A stretch of 64,000 nucleotides of DNA, from the NCBI GenBank assembly GCA_964106645.2, contig OZ067039.1; one strand, given 5' to 3'. Source of the stretch: Podarcis pityusensis. Lineage: Eukaryota. This document shows, piece after piece, positions 13,926 through 28,394 of this stretch. A program made the position numbers and the translations under genes. The notes beneath the pieces are model-generated. The model did not search any database and had not been told where the DNA came from. It worked only from the letters and a program-made list of their open reading frames with translations. Position 1 is the first letter of the stretch. Each line of letters starts with the position of its first letter.

Positions 13926-15336
13926 ACAGTTCTAAATATTTCGTCTTGCTTACCAATGTTTAACTTTTCAGTGTGTGTGTGCATGAACACACACACAGCA
14001 AGAATATACCGTAAGAGAGGTTGGGCAATAGATTTATTCACTGGCTTTAATTGCATAGGGAGATTTACTGCATTTTCATCCTAATTACCGTATCTTAACT
14101 TAATTTGTTAAGAGCTTCCTGAAACATCAACTTGAAGACCATTACATGTTTCAGGTGGATGTTCACCATGTCCTGCACCAACACCAGCTATTACGCTTCT
14201 CTCTCTCTTCCTCACCTCTTGTGAACATGCAGAATAATAGGGATAGAGTTGGCAGGGGTCTTACAGTATAGGTCGTTACCATTGAGGAGTTTCCTCTATT
14301 CAGCTAAAATCAAACACCAGGAACTTGTGACTTAAACCCATTAATCTCTTCCTGTCCTCTGGGGCAGAACATTTTTTTGTTATGACAGAAGCAGGAACAC
14401 TAGAGATGTGAAGTCCCCCCGCCCCAAGCACTAGAAATATTACCTCTGCCTTCCTCACTAGCATGATCCACACCATTTCAAACCTTTTGTAATAATCCAT
14501 GAGGACTAGAAACCTTGCAGTTTTTTTAACAGTGGAAATTGAGGCAATAATTATAAATGACAGAAAATGCTTAGCAACTGCTGAAAAGAAGACCCCACAT
14601 CCACCTTTCCCTGCTAACATTTATGTTGCCATTGTGTCATTGATTTCCCTGGCAGACAAAGAAGCGCAACAGGTATAAACTACCAAAATAACATGACTTC
14701 ATATTTTTTCCCTTATGAAATAGGGCAGAGAGGAGGAGACGCAGAATTGTCACTCTCAACAGCATCCATGATGGTCACCGTCTTAAGCAGACTTACTTAT
14801 GAGGACAGGAATGAGGAAACTTTGGCCCTTCAGATGTTCCTGGCTGAGGCTGATGGGAGTTGGAGTCCAGGATCATCTGGAGGACCCCATCCCTGTACTA
14901 GGAAGTAAGCCACAACGGGACTTACTTCTGATTAAACAACATGCTCAGAATTGCACTGAAGGATGAGAATGAAGTCTGTTTTGCCACGACTGGCTCTCTG
15001 CTGAACATGCTTGTGACGGGGCAGCAGAAAGGTGGGATGGGAGCAGGTGACTTGCCATTGCCATTAACTCTCCCTTCTCTGTTATTAGTAGCACCAGCCA
15101 GATTCACCAGGCTCCCTGCTGAATGTAATTACTGGTTTGAGCTCCTAAGAGGGTCTATATGGCATGTGCTTCTCTCTCCCACATGCCAACACCAGGCACA
15201 CTCAATTCAAGTTATCATCATCTCACACAGAGCTTGCCCTCTCGGAGTCTGGGATTATCAGGACTACTAATTAATTCATTAGCTGATGGGTGGTGTTATG
15301 TCCTCTTCATCTCCAGACTGGGATGCTCAGGGAGGG

Positions 15337-15340
<4 letters not shown>

Positions 15341-15374
<34 letters not shown>
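15341..15374. repeat. (GT)n microsatellite
   Basis: Direct reading. Confidence 0.97.
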
Positions 15375-15376
<2 letters not shown>

Positions 15377-18300
15377 CAGAGAACAGATTGCGGCCCATCA
15401 ATCTGCCTGTTGAGGCACTCGCTTTGCTTGTGCCACTTCCCCCTCCACCAGCAGATGGTTCCAACAGGTTCAGAGGGTGCCTTTCCTTTGGCAGGAGACA
15501 AAAGCAAGAGAGGCAGCAGCCAATGAGAAAACGCTGGCAGTTGGAGGGGTGCATGAATACAAATATTCCTGTTTGTGTGTTTCCCGGATGGTGCATGCAA
15601 AGGAGCAAGGATTTGAACTCACAGAATGAGAAGCCCTCATGTCTGCACGAGTGACCCCTGGTGAACCGAGCAGAGAGCGGACAGCCCATTGTTTCCCCTT
15701 CAAAGCAGAGCTTGAGGAGCCCACGTGCCAGGGGGCTAATCCTATTGTCAAGAGGCCCCACATCTGTCAGACTTAATGGGGGGAATCTCCTCTCCCTTAG
15801 TCCCTCTCTGGCCAGGAAGCTCGCAGTCAAGGCGCTCTCTTTTCCTGTGGGACCAGGACCCTCCCTGCAGACAGAAAACAGAGTATCAGGGAAAAGTCTA
15901 CGCTCAGCTATATGCCCTGCAATGCTGATTTTCTGTGTAAAGCATCCTTCCCGCAAATGGGATACATTCAAACAGGCAACACTCCCCATGCAGCTGCAAG
16001 GGGGGGGTGTTTTCCCCTCATAGCCAGCATGATTGGTCCTCTCTCGTGTGGAGGAGCTCTATGTGCATATCTAAGCATGTACATAGAGCCCTAAGTATTT
16101 ATTACCATTTTTTATTATTACCTAGCTTGCTTCCAGGAACCTCAAGGTGAAGTTCATGGTTCTCCCGCTCCTTAGTTATTTATTTAATTATCAATCTCCT
16201 TCCACACACATGGCTCAAAATTATGGACAAACTGCACCAAAAACCGCTCAAAAGCAACACAGAAAATAACAGCATGGCTGAGTGTAGATTTGAATCCTGG
16301 ACTCCCAGGTCCCAATTTGACACTCTAACCACTTTATTGGGTCCTCCCTTAACATACCAGCCAGCTTTCCTTTAAAAGCTTTTAACAAATGTGCGCATAG
16401 GGCTCTGCCATGCTATTTCCCCGGTCCTTGCATTACTTTGCTGCTGTCTCTGCTGCTCTCTCAGGGTCTGGCAGTTAATCTCAGGCGAAAGAGCTTCACC
16501 CCAGGCCAGGACCAGGTACTGCAATATGTTTCCATCCGGGTAACTGTGCAGTTTGCAGTCTCTGTCCCTTCCTGGTGGCAGTCATGAGTGATGAAGGAGG
16601 GGAGAACAAAAATATAAAATGTCTTAGAGCTCTGTTTGGCTGGGGATTCCGTTTCCTTGTGGAGTACACGTTCCCATATGTACCTACTACCTTTAGAAAG
16701 TATTGTATCACACAAAGCAACCAAGCCACAAAACTGTTGTCTATCAAGATGATCCTCTTCCAGCAAACACTCAACCCACCCAACTCCACAGTTTTCCATT
16801 TTTCTTTTTCATCTGACACTAAATGTGGTTAGTAGTCCTCATTGGGCCAGGGGGTTTTTTGGAGGGGAGGGGGGAAAGTGCTATTCCCTTAGGGTTGTTT
16901 TTTTTCTGCTTCTGCAGACTACAGGGTTCCCCTGAGCATGCTAATACATCTCCCTTGTTTCTCGGGTTGGTTTGTGTTTATTGAGCATTCATCCTGATTT
17001 CCCTCTGAGGAGGTTAGACAATGAGCATTCATCCTGATTTGCTGGCAGGGAGTTTAGACGAAGTCCCACCAAGCCAAGTGCTACTCCCTGTCACTTTCCT
17101 TAATGCAGAAACTTCCATCTTTGGGGGGGGAAAGACTCGCAAATAACTACAATTCTGTTATCTGAATTTTCGAGCATGTGCTTGAATCCTGACCACAGCA
17201 ATGGCCTGGAAATACCTTCAGCGACCCTGCACTGGTTCCATTTCTGTCGTCACTTCCCCCCTGAGTTTGCTGTTAGAGGGAGTGATTTTTATTGTCCTGT
17301 ACCAATTCCATTCTGCAAATGAGAATGATAATCTGGATTTACAAAATGGAATTCCACTACCCAGAATGAAGCCTGATCTACCAAATGATGCTTCTTTGTC
17401 TGCAATTGCAGCTTTATTAAGTACCTGTATGTCACTGTGTATTTTACTCGCCCGTTCTCCATCTCCCTGCAAATCCTACATGCCTACTGGGCTTTCCTGG
17501 GGTAATCCCCTTTCTACCTCTGGGTCTTCTGCAAGACACCCCTTCCCCCCGCATCCTCTCACTGCATCAGGCAGCTTTCCTAAAGTTTCCAGATACTGCC
17601 TTTGGCAGATACCTGCCATGTGCTCAGATGTTGACACCGGAGCCCAAATTTGTGAGCCTTTTTTTTTAATCCGTTCCAGAGCTGACTGTCTTCTTTCCCA
17701 GGCTGCCCTGTCATACACGCCCCAAGCGCCGACTTGGTGACTCTGAGCCAGCCAGCCCTGCTGGAGCCGGCAAACGGCTTCTTCTTTCAGCGCACATGCT
17801 CCCCTGATTGGATCCGCTGCTGCACATTGTATTCCTCCGGCACCTCCTCAGAAGGCCCAGGGACCCATCTGTCAGCCGGCAGCACATCAACAGGCCTTGT
17901 GGCGCTTCTCCCCCCCCCCCCACTACCGCCCTCTGTGCCCCCGCTTCCTCCACCCATTCATTCCCCTCCAGGACCTAGAGATGAGAATCCTCTCACCATT
18001 CACTATTCCATGTGAAATTTGGACCTACCAATCAGGACCAGTTTGGGGTCCTCTGCTCTTTTTGGTGGGGAAGACAAAAGCTGCGTTAGTTGCAGTGATT
18101 ATTCCCCTTGTCCAAAAACAACAGAAGTAGCTGTGCAGAGGAGGAGAGGAATAGGACCAATGAAGGGGGCAGCCAGAGACGAGGGGAGTCCCTGGGGAAG
18201 AGAGGGGTCCTACTTAACTTTCTGGTTCATGGAAGGGGGTGCAGGCACTATCACTCCCACGGAGTTCTAATCTTAGCCTGTAAAGAGATGCTGGTTTGGG

Positions 18301-21300
18301 GACTGCCAGTTATTGCTGTGACATTGCAGGTGGGGGCAGCAAAGGTGGAAATGCAACAACAGCAATAAAAAAAGATAAAAATAAACCAACTTTCCTAAGT
18401 CTGACCTGGCAATAGGAGGTGGGGGGGTGAATATCAGTATTTCATATATTTATTATTTGCTTGTTTTGAACATTTCTAAATCCTCATTTTCATCCAAAGC
18501 ATAGATTACAGGGTGGCGTATGCAAAAATCAAGTAGTAAAGCAACAAAATAATAAACCAGCACCGTGAAATGTGAAGGGGAAGATAGACTTGGCCTGGAC
18601 AGCCCTTCAAACAATGGGTTTCCCTCTGCCATTCCTTCAGAGAGAGGACTCCTTTATGAAGTGGGTCACATGGCCACCCTGTTGAGCGATGTCATTAGAA
18701 TCATAGAACTGCCTACCTTTCAACTTGCAAAACTGGGATGTACGTCTTCTGGGACATGCTTCCAGGTGAGTCATGGGACCTGTGTCTCGCTCTCACCCCC
18801 AAAAAGCACTTGGGGAGAGGGAGATCTCACGTATTTTGGGGTGCCATACAGGGTGAGAGTGCAGCACGAGGGTGTGGGGGTTTGCGGCACCCAAAATGGT
18901 TGCTGAGATCTCATGCGAAAAAGCAGGATGTCCCTTTTTTCTGGGGCACTTGGAAGGTATGGAACTGTAGAGTTGGAAGGGACCCTCAGGAACATCTAGT
19001 CCAACCCCCTGCAATGCAGGGATCTCAACTAAAGCATCCATGACAGGTAGCCATCCACCATCTTTTGTCAAACAGCTCTTACTGTCTGAAAGTTATTCCT
19101 GATGTTCAGTTGGTATCTCATTTCTTGTAACTTGAATCCATCAGTTCCCATCACCCAAAAGTTCTTGGGAGATAGTTCCAGAATACTAATGCATTTCAAC
19201 ATTAAATAAACAAGAAAACAAATCAAAAAAACCTTTAACATCAATTGGTTAATTTCTGAAATCTTTTTATCAATATTTTCAATCAGTATTTTGTACTGTG
19301 ATGTAAACAGCTGAGAGATACCTTTCTGATTAAGCAGCGTATGAATCTTGCTAAATAAGCAAGTGTCCAATTTGTACCTATTAGTTCCCATGTCCACAAC
19401 CTTCTTTAAAACAACCATAACAAAAAGCCTCCTCTGTCTGCAGCCACCCTTGCTTTGTGCTTCCACCCGGTGTTCCCACAAGCCCCCACCCTCTTGCACT
19501 GCTGTCCTGACTGTCCACTGCATGAGATGCAGCTGTGAGCCTTGGCACTTCTATCTGTCAGGAAGGAGAGCCCTCTGGCCACTGCCCTTTGTCATACAGA
19601 ACAGGCTCCAAACACCCCTGCCTTCCCCCCACAGTGCTAGTGCCATCACTCAACCTGACAGGCATGGGCCAAGAGACAGGCCAGCATGATCACTGGCCAG
19701 GCCAGCAGGATGCAGGGCCTGCCTTTGCTGTGCCTCTTGAGCAGCTAACACCTGATTCCCCCTTTAATTGTATCTTCCCCACACTTCCCCAGTGTCATGC
19801 TAATCGGAGCCCATTTGCTGCAGCTGCCTCTATTCAATTAGGGCTATCACATAATATGCAGTAATTCTATTTCCATGCAGAATCTCAGGCCCTCTTGGGC
19901 ATAGGGTGCAGGGGCTGGGGGAAAGGGGGAGAAGGCATGCAGTGGAGGTGTCCTTTGCCAATATTTACTTCTGCATTTTGATTCCATTTTTCTTTTTGAG
20001 AGAGGGTGGGCTAGGGCAGGAGATTGGATTAGCCTCTATTGTAGGAGCTAAGAAGTAGAGGAGCACAGCAACCAAGCATGCATGAGAGGATGGCCATCAT
20101 TAGCTAAAGGAATTTGCATTAGGCACTGAACATATAGGGTGACCCAACCAAAGGAGGGTCACCCTATATGCAAAGGAGGATGATAGCCCTGTGTTCTAGC
20201 AGTTGTGAAGGAGAGAAAATTTTCACTGCTGGAACTTGTTCTGTGGAGAGGAGAAACACTGACTACTTTGCAAGAAAGGAAGAGGAGCTGTCAGGTCTGA
20301 CCCTTGTGATGGCCAGAGCCTACGGGCCCGTAAGGAGGCTGTATTTGAGGACGCTGAGACTTCAAGGGTGGTGGGACTAGACTCATGTCATTTCCAAGGG
20401 CCCGTTATAGGATTACCTGATTGCACATGGGCAAAACTAGGAATAGTGAGAAAAGATGCAAGATTCTGGGTTTGAAAAGGGCCACAAAGTTATATATTGC
20501 CCAAATGGATCTGCAACAGAAGATGATCAGTTTAACCATCCACCAAGGCAGTAAAGGCCACCTCCCCTTGTCTTATTCCCACAACTTTGGCCATCTCATA
20601 CTGGCTCTGAAACCCAGTAGCAGTTGCAGCTCAAGCCATTTATCCAGGTTCTCCATGTATATTTATTCATGACAGCATAACAAAGCATAAGAAAAGTCCC
20701 GCCGGATCTGGCCAAAGGCACATCTACGGCAGCATCCTCTCCTCACAGTGGCCAACCAGATGCCTGTGGGAAGCCCACGAGCAGCACCTGAGTTGCCCCA
20801 GCCACTTTTGCACCTCTCTCCACGGCTCCACCCACCACTGGTATGTGGCCCCCTGGAAGGCTGACTATAAAGGAATGTGGCCCTTGATTCTGTAAAGGTT
20901 TCTCTACCCCTGCCTTAAAGGGTCGCTGGATAGTGCAAGTCATGGACTTTGAATACTTGATACCGCTATGCAAATGTTAAGTATTATTATTACTGCTATG
21001 GTGCCTTCTCCTGGGATGTGGCATGAAAGCTTCTGCATTTTGTTCAGCGTCAGCTCAAGACATGGTTAGTGACCCTCTGGAATGCCAAAGTTTTTTTCAA
21101 GAAAATAAAAAGTTTGGATAAGTATCTGTCTGGAGGGGGACTTGGACAAAGTGATCCATTTGATCCATTTTCTATTCTGTATGAGAACACCGAGCAGCTG
21201 AAGGCAGAAGTCGTCAGAAGGTCTCTCCCCCCCCCCCCCAAGCTCTTCTCCAGAATCAAAGCCGCTGTTGCCATTACGCAGCATCCAGGATTCAGCAGTT

Positions 21301-23560
21301 GGTGAGTCTCCGTGGCCCAGCGGGCTGAGCTGCCTGCTTAGCATCTGAATGAGCTTTAGAAAGCTAACATGATTTGATTTAAGGGTTTCAATAGCCCAAA
21401 CAATGTTCTCTCACGGGCAGGAAGTCCCATGGGCCTTAGGGGGGTTGACTTGCAAGAGGGTCTCCACACCCTCCTCTGTCTCCTCCCTCCCCTGCTTCTA
21501 AGACAGGGTCTGAGGGTCACACTCTTCACTAACTAGAAGGCAAAAGCCCACAGTGGTGCAGTTTTGATTTACTGTGTGGAACCGTAGTTGCTGTTACCAT
21601 TAATATTATTAAACAGATGGCAAAAGTCTAGAGTGTTTCAGGTATGACATTGTAGTATTAGTTACTATTATTGATATTAATATTATTTAATAGATGACAA
21701 AAGCTCAGAGTGTTGCAGATATGACATTGCAGAACTTATATATCATGTAATATCTTCCATCAATTTCTAATACATAAAAATGTCCATAAATTACAGGTAT
21801 TTGGGTGTGTATTGTTCTGGCACTGCTGTTGTATTCTTCTTGCTTTATCTGCAATGTAGAAGCAGAGAGGCAAATCTAACACTGATTAGGCACATGAGAA
21901 ACATTACATTAAAGGCAGGCACTGGTATCTTTCTACAGAGGACTAGACTCGGCTGATGGCCAAATGAATCTGTGTTTGGGACTGAGATGGCAAAGACTAT
22001 TTTAGATAGGAGCTGCCTAACTTATGGGAAGAGAACTCAGTTCAAGGCCAATCTTTGTTCTCTTGTCTACTTCTGATGATCCTCTGTCCAGACACAAATC
22101 ACCCTGGCCTTGGCTTATGCACAGGCTCAAGACCTTAGGTAACCCAGACCCCACCTAGCCTTGAGGCCAAGAGCTGTTTCTGTGCAGACAGCTGAAGTCT
22201 AACAGTTCCCATCTGCAAATGGTAGTGAAATGCATCCTGAGATCTGCCCCAGGGGGTTCTACAAGCTGGCATGGGTCTTACATAAAGGTACACTAGATGG
22301 AGCACAAAACCGTCATCTATGAGCAGTCAAGGCAAGGACAGAGTGAGGCATCCCCATGGGCTGAGTCTTCATACTAGTTGTTTTGAGACCTAGCAGAATT
22401 AAGTGCTTAAGTCAAAAATTTAAAAATGGACTGTGTACAAAAAATTACCATAGATCTCATATTTCTGAAACTTCATAAACTAAAAAACAAAAAACCCGAA
22501 TATGGCCATATGCAAAATGTTGATGTAGCTCATAGCATATTTTGAGATAGTCTGGAAGCACCCCAAACTATCTACCATATTTTTGGGTGGGATTCAATGA
22601 CATGCCAGCAAATCTGGATTGCACAATTATTCTTGATCTAGAGGTCTTGTGCAACAAACCTGCTTCCTCCAAAGATGGCCTTTTTGCAATAAGAAAAATG
22701 GTGGGGAAACAAACTGAAAAGTGTGTGATAACACTTGCTTTAACATAAGGTTATCAGCTCTCTCTGCAAACAAATCAGAATGAATGCTCATTTAACAGAT
22801 GGTCTGGAAGTGCCCTCACTTGCCTTTAAAATACACTTTAACCACCCCTGCAATCCCAGCCCCACTTACCTGGGAGTAAGTCCCACATAATTCAATAGGA
22901 CTTACTTCTGAGTAGACACCATAGCAACATGCTCTAAGATGCTGTTCACATAGCCCTTCACTATGACCCCCCCCCCCTTTCCACTCTTTTGCCGATAAGC
23001 AGGTTTAACTGTATTTGAGGCCAGGAACAGGAATTCACAAGCTCATTTAATGCTCATTTTGCAGCTTTAGTCAAAGACATACCTTCTCACAAATCAATGA
23101 GGCATACTCCCAGGTAAGTGAGTTCAGGACTTCAGCCTTAACCATCTCTTGCATGAAGCAAGCAAAATGTGGATCAGTTAAGTATGGGTATGGGTGTGAG
23201 CATGTGTGATATTAAAATAAATAAACAAATAATCAGCAGAATTGACCCGCTCATGAAAGTAGTGATGCATCTGAAATAAAAGCTCTAAAAATGAGTCAAC
23301 TTCATAAATGTTCATCCTTCCTAATAAGGGTGTCATGCCATAAGTTCAGCCTTTTCTCTCGGCTGCATGGTACTTCTGTTTTACTTCTAAGCAATCTGGC
23401 TTTTGCTGCCCTCTGCTGAAAAGAAGATGACACTCCTTCTTCTGAATGTTTCTCATTCAGCTCAGGCCAGATCTAGCAGATGATGTGGATTTCCTATCAA
23501 AAGTCGCAATTCCACAAATCTTCCTCCTCAGTCCATGCCTTCCACTAATATGTAATACTG

Positions 23561-23829
23561 CAGAGAAGCGGACACGGAGCAATGGATCCAAACTACAAGA
23601 AAGAAGATTCCACCTAAACATTAGGAAGAACTTCCTGACAGTAAGAGCTGTTTGACAGTGGAATTTGCTGCCAAGGAGTGTGGTGGAGTCTCCTTCTTTG
23701 GAGGTCTTTAAGCAGAGGCTTGACAACCATATGTCAGCAGTGCTCTGATGGTGTTTCCTGCTTGGCAGGGAGTTGGACTCGATGGCCCTTGTGGTCTCTT
23801 CCAACTCTATGATTCTATGATTCTATGAT
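23561..23829 (+). mobile_element. CR1 3' end, same young family
   Basis: Near-identical to the 3' end of the CR1 at 55597-57956. Confidence 0.93.
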
Positions 23830-25359
23830 CTAGCCATATTTCCTTCAAAGAGCTCAAGGTGGTCCCACTTTATGAATGTCTAGTATGCAAAAATTCACTC
23901 ACGCAATATAAGGAATTAGTACCCAAACTTCACTATACATGCTGCAGATTCAAATAGCCAAACAGAGAGCATTCCTTGCTTGCCTTTTGCTGGTTGGTTG
24001 AAGAGCAGAGGGAGGGAGGGGGGTGATGCAAAACCTGTGTGCACATGGGACTCTCACCCCCCATTTTATCCTCACAACAACCCTAGGAGGTGGGTTAGGC
24101 TGGAAGAGAGAAACAGCCCAAGGTTACCCAGGGAGCTTCAAGGATGAGTGGGACTTGATCCCCAGTCTCCTAGATCCTAGTCTGACACTCTAACCACTAC
24201 ACCAAACTGCCTCTGAGGGGGAGATATGGGAATTAACTGAATATGCCTGTTAGAATTGAAATACTGGAAATGCTGCTTTGGGTGCCAGTATCACATCTCC
24301 AGTATCATCTAGTGCCATCCTTAGTCTGCCTGTTTGAAGGGCTGCTTTGCCCATTAGACTCTCACTGCTTGAAAGCACATGCATTGTGCAAGAACACTTG
24401 CCAACCAATTGGGATTGCTTGCAGCACTTTGTCTAGTGTGTGCTCAGTGGCAAACTCAGTTGTCTCCATAATATGTGAAGCAACCCCAAGGTACACTACC
24501 TTCTCTCCTGCCTGCTTTGCCGGAATGATGTGGTCAGCTTCTTAGGTGAGGAGCTGGCTTTTCAAAGGTGATGTTCTGCATGTGGAAGCTCCTGACTCCC
24601 AGGGCAGTTTCCTATATCCACATGTCCCTACATTTTTGGAGGTTTTCATTCTTCAACTCCTAGACAAGAAATCATCACCGTCCTTGCTATTAGGAACTAA
24701 AGGTCACCTGTGGGGGCGGGAAACCAAGAGGTTTGGCTCAAAGACAGCTGGATGGAAGAGGAAGGAATGTTCTGCTCTGGATTACTCCTATGCCTACACA
24801 TGCAACAACCTCATCTCAACTGCAGACCCCAGTTGTTGAGCTGTGGGCATAGTTTAGCCACTATTTGGATGCTTGGCAGGAGCCTCTGGCATCTGCCTTG
24901 GCATTTCCCATGGGTTTGTGGCATGGCTGCCCTGGATGCCATCAGATACTATTTCTGTCTCTGGCACAGAGTGCAAAGGAGGCAGCCTCCCCTGCCGCCA
25001 ACCCCTTCCTTGTTCTTAGCTAGATTTCACATTTGCGGGGATAGCTTTTCAGATGTACAGTATGTGTGCATAGAGAGCACTACCAAAATACAAAAACCAA
25101 AGTGCATTTTTAACAGCATGTGATTATTTTCATTATGCCTTGTGACAACAACAACATTGTTCACAGGTAAAACTGTCTTTTTAAAAGAGATTTGTTTCTC
25201 TGACCTGTATATTGCTGGGTGCCCCCCCCCCCCAATCATTTGCAGGCATTGTGGAACTGATTTTCAGGGGCTTGTGAAAGTGGGGAAGTACAGTAGTGAA
25301 GTTGCTGGCAGCAAAAATGAAGCACTGACATGAGTGAGGGTAACTTCTTTGAGGTCCTT

Positions 25360-25444
25360 TAGGGTTACCATATTTCAGAAAGTGACACAAAAGTTGATGA
25401 CCTTTTCTTGCAAAATCTCCAGAAATGACACGTATGGCAACCCT
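25360..25444. mobile_element. Short hAT (Blackjack-like) MITE
   Basis: TIR TAGGGTTACCA / TGGCAACCCT, flanking AGGTCCTT duplication; related element at ~44662-44905. Confidence 0.75.
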
Positions 25445-27603
25445 AGGTCCTTCCTGTAAAGATTTAAGATGGCATCCGGTCAGCTCTTTCATCAAGGCCT
25501 CAATAGTGTCACTAACGCTTTTCCTGGGTCTGATCTGGGTTGGGGAGGAATGCTTCAGGGGAGGGACTGCTATTTCCTAAGCTACTCTAAAATTTGAGAG
25601 CCTGTAACCCCACAAAAAATCATTTCTGGGTCTGTTTGTGACATTTTCCTCACCTCGGTCTTTCCTAGGAATTCATGCTCTTTTTGCACCATCCTATCTC
25701 CCCTGCTTTCTCTTGTACCCATCACAAAACAGTAAAGTCTGCCCTTGTGAGCAAACCTCTGCAGCTATTAATCTAAAATTTGGCAGCCCTTGCTCCCTCA
25801 GAAGGTTAACTGTGCCTGAAAATTGCATCTGATTTTATAAAAAGGGACAAAAAATATACCCAGTTTTAGATTTCTCCTGATAGTGAAAGTGGGAGTGGGA
25901 ACAGAGCTAATTCAGTCCTGACTATCAAGAAAATCTGAGAGAGACAGAGCTGCTCCAAAGCAGCATTGAATTGAATCCAGCAGAGTTCTTCTTATGTTCT
26001 TCTAAAATACCATATCTGTTATTTTTTTAAAATGGGGATAGCCTTACCTGCAATACAATTTTCCTATTAGAAAAATGGTGGGGAGGGTATGATATAAAAG
26101 AGCCCTTTTGGATCAGACCAAAGGTTCATCTAGTTCAGCATCCTGGCCACACAAAAAATACCTCTGAGCATCATTGCAAACTCCATCCAGACTCAGTCAA
26201 TGTTAGTCCAGGAAGCTCCTGATCTGAGTGGCAGCTGATTCTGATGAATGAAGATGCTGCCTTAGAGTCCTGCAGCCCACAGTCTTTTTTTTCCTCTCCC
26301 CCTTCCTTTTTTAATGAGTTTCTGTATCATCTTACTGTTTTGTGATATTTTGGTTGGGCTAATAAAGGTATTGCCCCAATATGGATGAAAGATTTCATAG
26401 TAAGTTTAACTTAGTAGATTTGTAGGGTGTCAGCATGCACATTTTGGGGATGGAAGCAGTGCAGTATTAAGTGGTACAATGTTCAAAGAGGGCAACTTAA
26501 TGGGAGACGATACAGCAGTGGTCTTTACTCCTTACAGATTTTGCATTAACTCTATGCCATTGTTAAACAGTTTTGACTCAAAAATGAGGATGTGAAAGTT
26601 TGAGGTCAAATTTCTGAAACATGGACCCACTCAAAAAGTCTCCAGATTTCACATTTTTATTTTAGCTCTCAACTACATGCTAAACCTTATCTAAAAGCTC
26701 ATCTGAGCCAGCGACTCTATGATTTGTATTTTGCACAGTGCAGAAGACACAAAGCACACACTGCTTGAATCATGGATCAAATGTAGTTGTTTAGTCAATG
26801 CTTGAGTTTATTTCCTCTGAATGGTGAGATGGTGACAACACACAACCTTATATCACTGGAATCAGGCTATTCCCTTGCTTTTCTTATAATGGGACCACTA
26901 TGTGGCCACAGGTGGTGTGTTACAGGATGGATACAATTTCTGAAACAGAAAGAGATTTTAAAGTTGGAGCAGTTGGAGCCAAGAGCCAGATCAAGGCCAG
27001 TGAGCGTCCATGCAGAGCTGAGATGAGTTCGAATTAACCTTTAAAAGAAAACAAAAAACTCAGGGGCTGTCCCTTGGAGGCAACTTTTTAAGAATCCCAG
27101 AAGTTTGCTTCTAAACTAGCGTCAGGTAATGAAAGCCCAATTATGGAAGAGGTGCACTAGAAGAGCAATGTGCAGGGAAGGAATGGCTTAAGCACATTAT
27201 GGGCACCCCACAGGTCTCTGCTCCAAGCCACCTCCTCCTTACTGCTTTTCCTTAGAAAAAGCAGCTATTGAGGTTTGGTTACAGAGATTTACTTCCAAGT
27301 AAATTTGCTTAGAATTAGTCTGTAAGTAATGGCTGCGTCCTCTGATTGGCAGGTGATGGGTGCTTCCAGAAGGCTGATTAGTGAGTGTCTGTTCTTGATT
27401 TGTTTGTGCAAAATTCTTATGAGATTGTACAACATCACCATCTAGTGGTTGTTACCTCCACACATTCTCACTTTTCTTATCAGACTTTTTGCAGTAAGAA
27501 AAATGATAGAGAACTGCATGGCATAACAAGCCCTGGATGCAAATATTGTGTGAACAATTAAGGATGGATGCTCAACAAACAACCAGTCTGGGAGTTCTCT
27601 GTG

Positions 27604-28045
27604 CAGTGGTGTAGTGGTTTGCTGGTGCCTGGGGGCCTGCACATGTGTGCACACAGCAGGGGGACAGAGTGCTGATAGTGAATGGAACCCACAATGCCAG
27701 CCCAGCCCTCACCACTGCTGCAACCGCCCCTCCCCGGAGCCAAGCGGGGCCACACACCACTTCCTGCCCATCTACGCAGGGAGCCTGGCCAGTCAATGCA
27801 GCCCCTGGTGGGCAAATCCCCCTGATGCCCACAGGCGAGGTGAGGAGGACACAACAGCCATGTGCCCTTTGATCCCAGTCTCTCAAAGCGTCCTTCTCAG
27901 GCCACCCTGCCAACCCTGCACCACTATGTGAGCAGCCTAGGGCTGGCAGGAAAGCATGAGAAGCCAAATGCACAGCACTGCACCCCCTTAAAAAATGTGC
28001 CCAGGGCCATTGTTCTGGCATCCCCCCCCCCATGCTATGCCACTG
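27604..28045. mobile_element. Degenerate hAT-like element
   Basis: Ends CAGTGGTGTAG... / ...CTATGCCACTG, GC-rich interior. Confidence 0.55.
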
Positions 28046-28049
28046 TTTC

Positions 28050-28394
28050 TATGTCCAAATTTGTTTTATTTCCCTCTTCCAAAAACATCATAAATTTCCA
28101 ATGCTTTCTCCTTTGAAGTGAACATGTAAAGTCTGACTTTAATTCCCTACCATTCAGGGCATGGATAGAATGAAATGTAGCATTGACATCCTCAAGCCAT
28201 TTTATGTCTATTGGGAAGAAATACAGGAATCACCTTACATTGTTATGCTTATTTGAAATTGGATAGTTCATACTTCCTCGTTTCTGATGGCGAAAAGGCC
28301 ACACTACTGATCTGCATTGATTAGCAGAGCTAGCTATGAATGAAAAGGAAATAATGGATTCGCCTGATACTTACTGAATGTAACTAGCCTCTAT
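28050..28394 (-). other. Gene A terminal exons: 20-nt exon 28394-28375 and 3' UTR exon 28283 to ~28050
   Basis: ttttaacacag / gtaagt micro-exon; 91-nt intron with a gctaat branch-like site and ccttttcgccatcag acceptor; AATAAA at 28070-28065. Confidence 0.55.

Noticed and set aside
15286-16023. 220-aa and overlapping ORFs
   Set aside because: Span a (GT)n microsatellite, show no homology, and are better explained as regulatory DNA.
17201-18015. Cluster of overlapping ORFs in GC-rich sequence
   Set aside because: Fragmented frames with no family motif or consistent splice structure; possibly a decayed repeat.
25181-25534. Minus-strand exon-like segment (IRPRKSVSDTIEALMKELTG...) as a third secreted gene
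   Set aside because: Interrupted by a MITE, no donor or signal exon found, and not open in phase 1.
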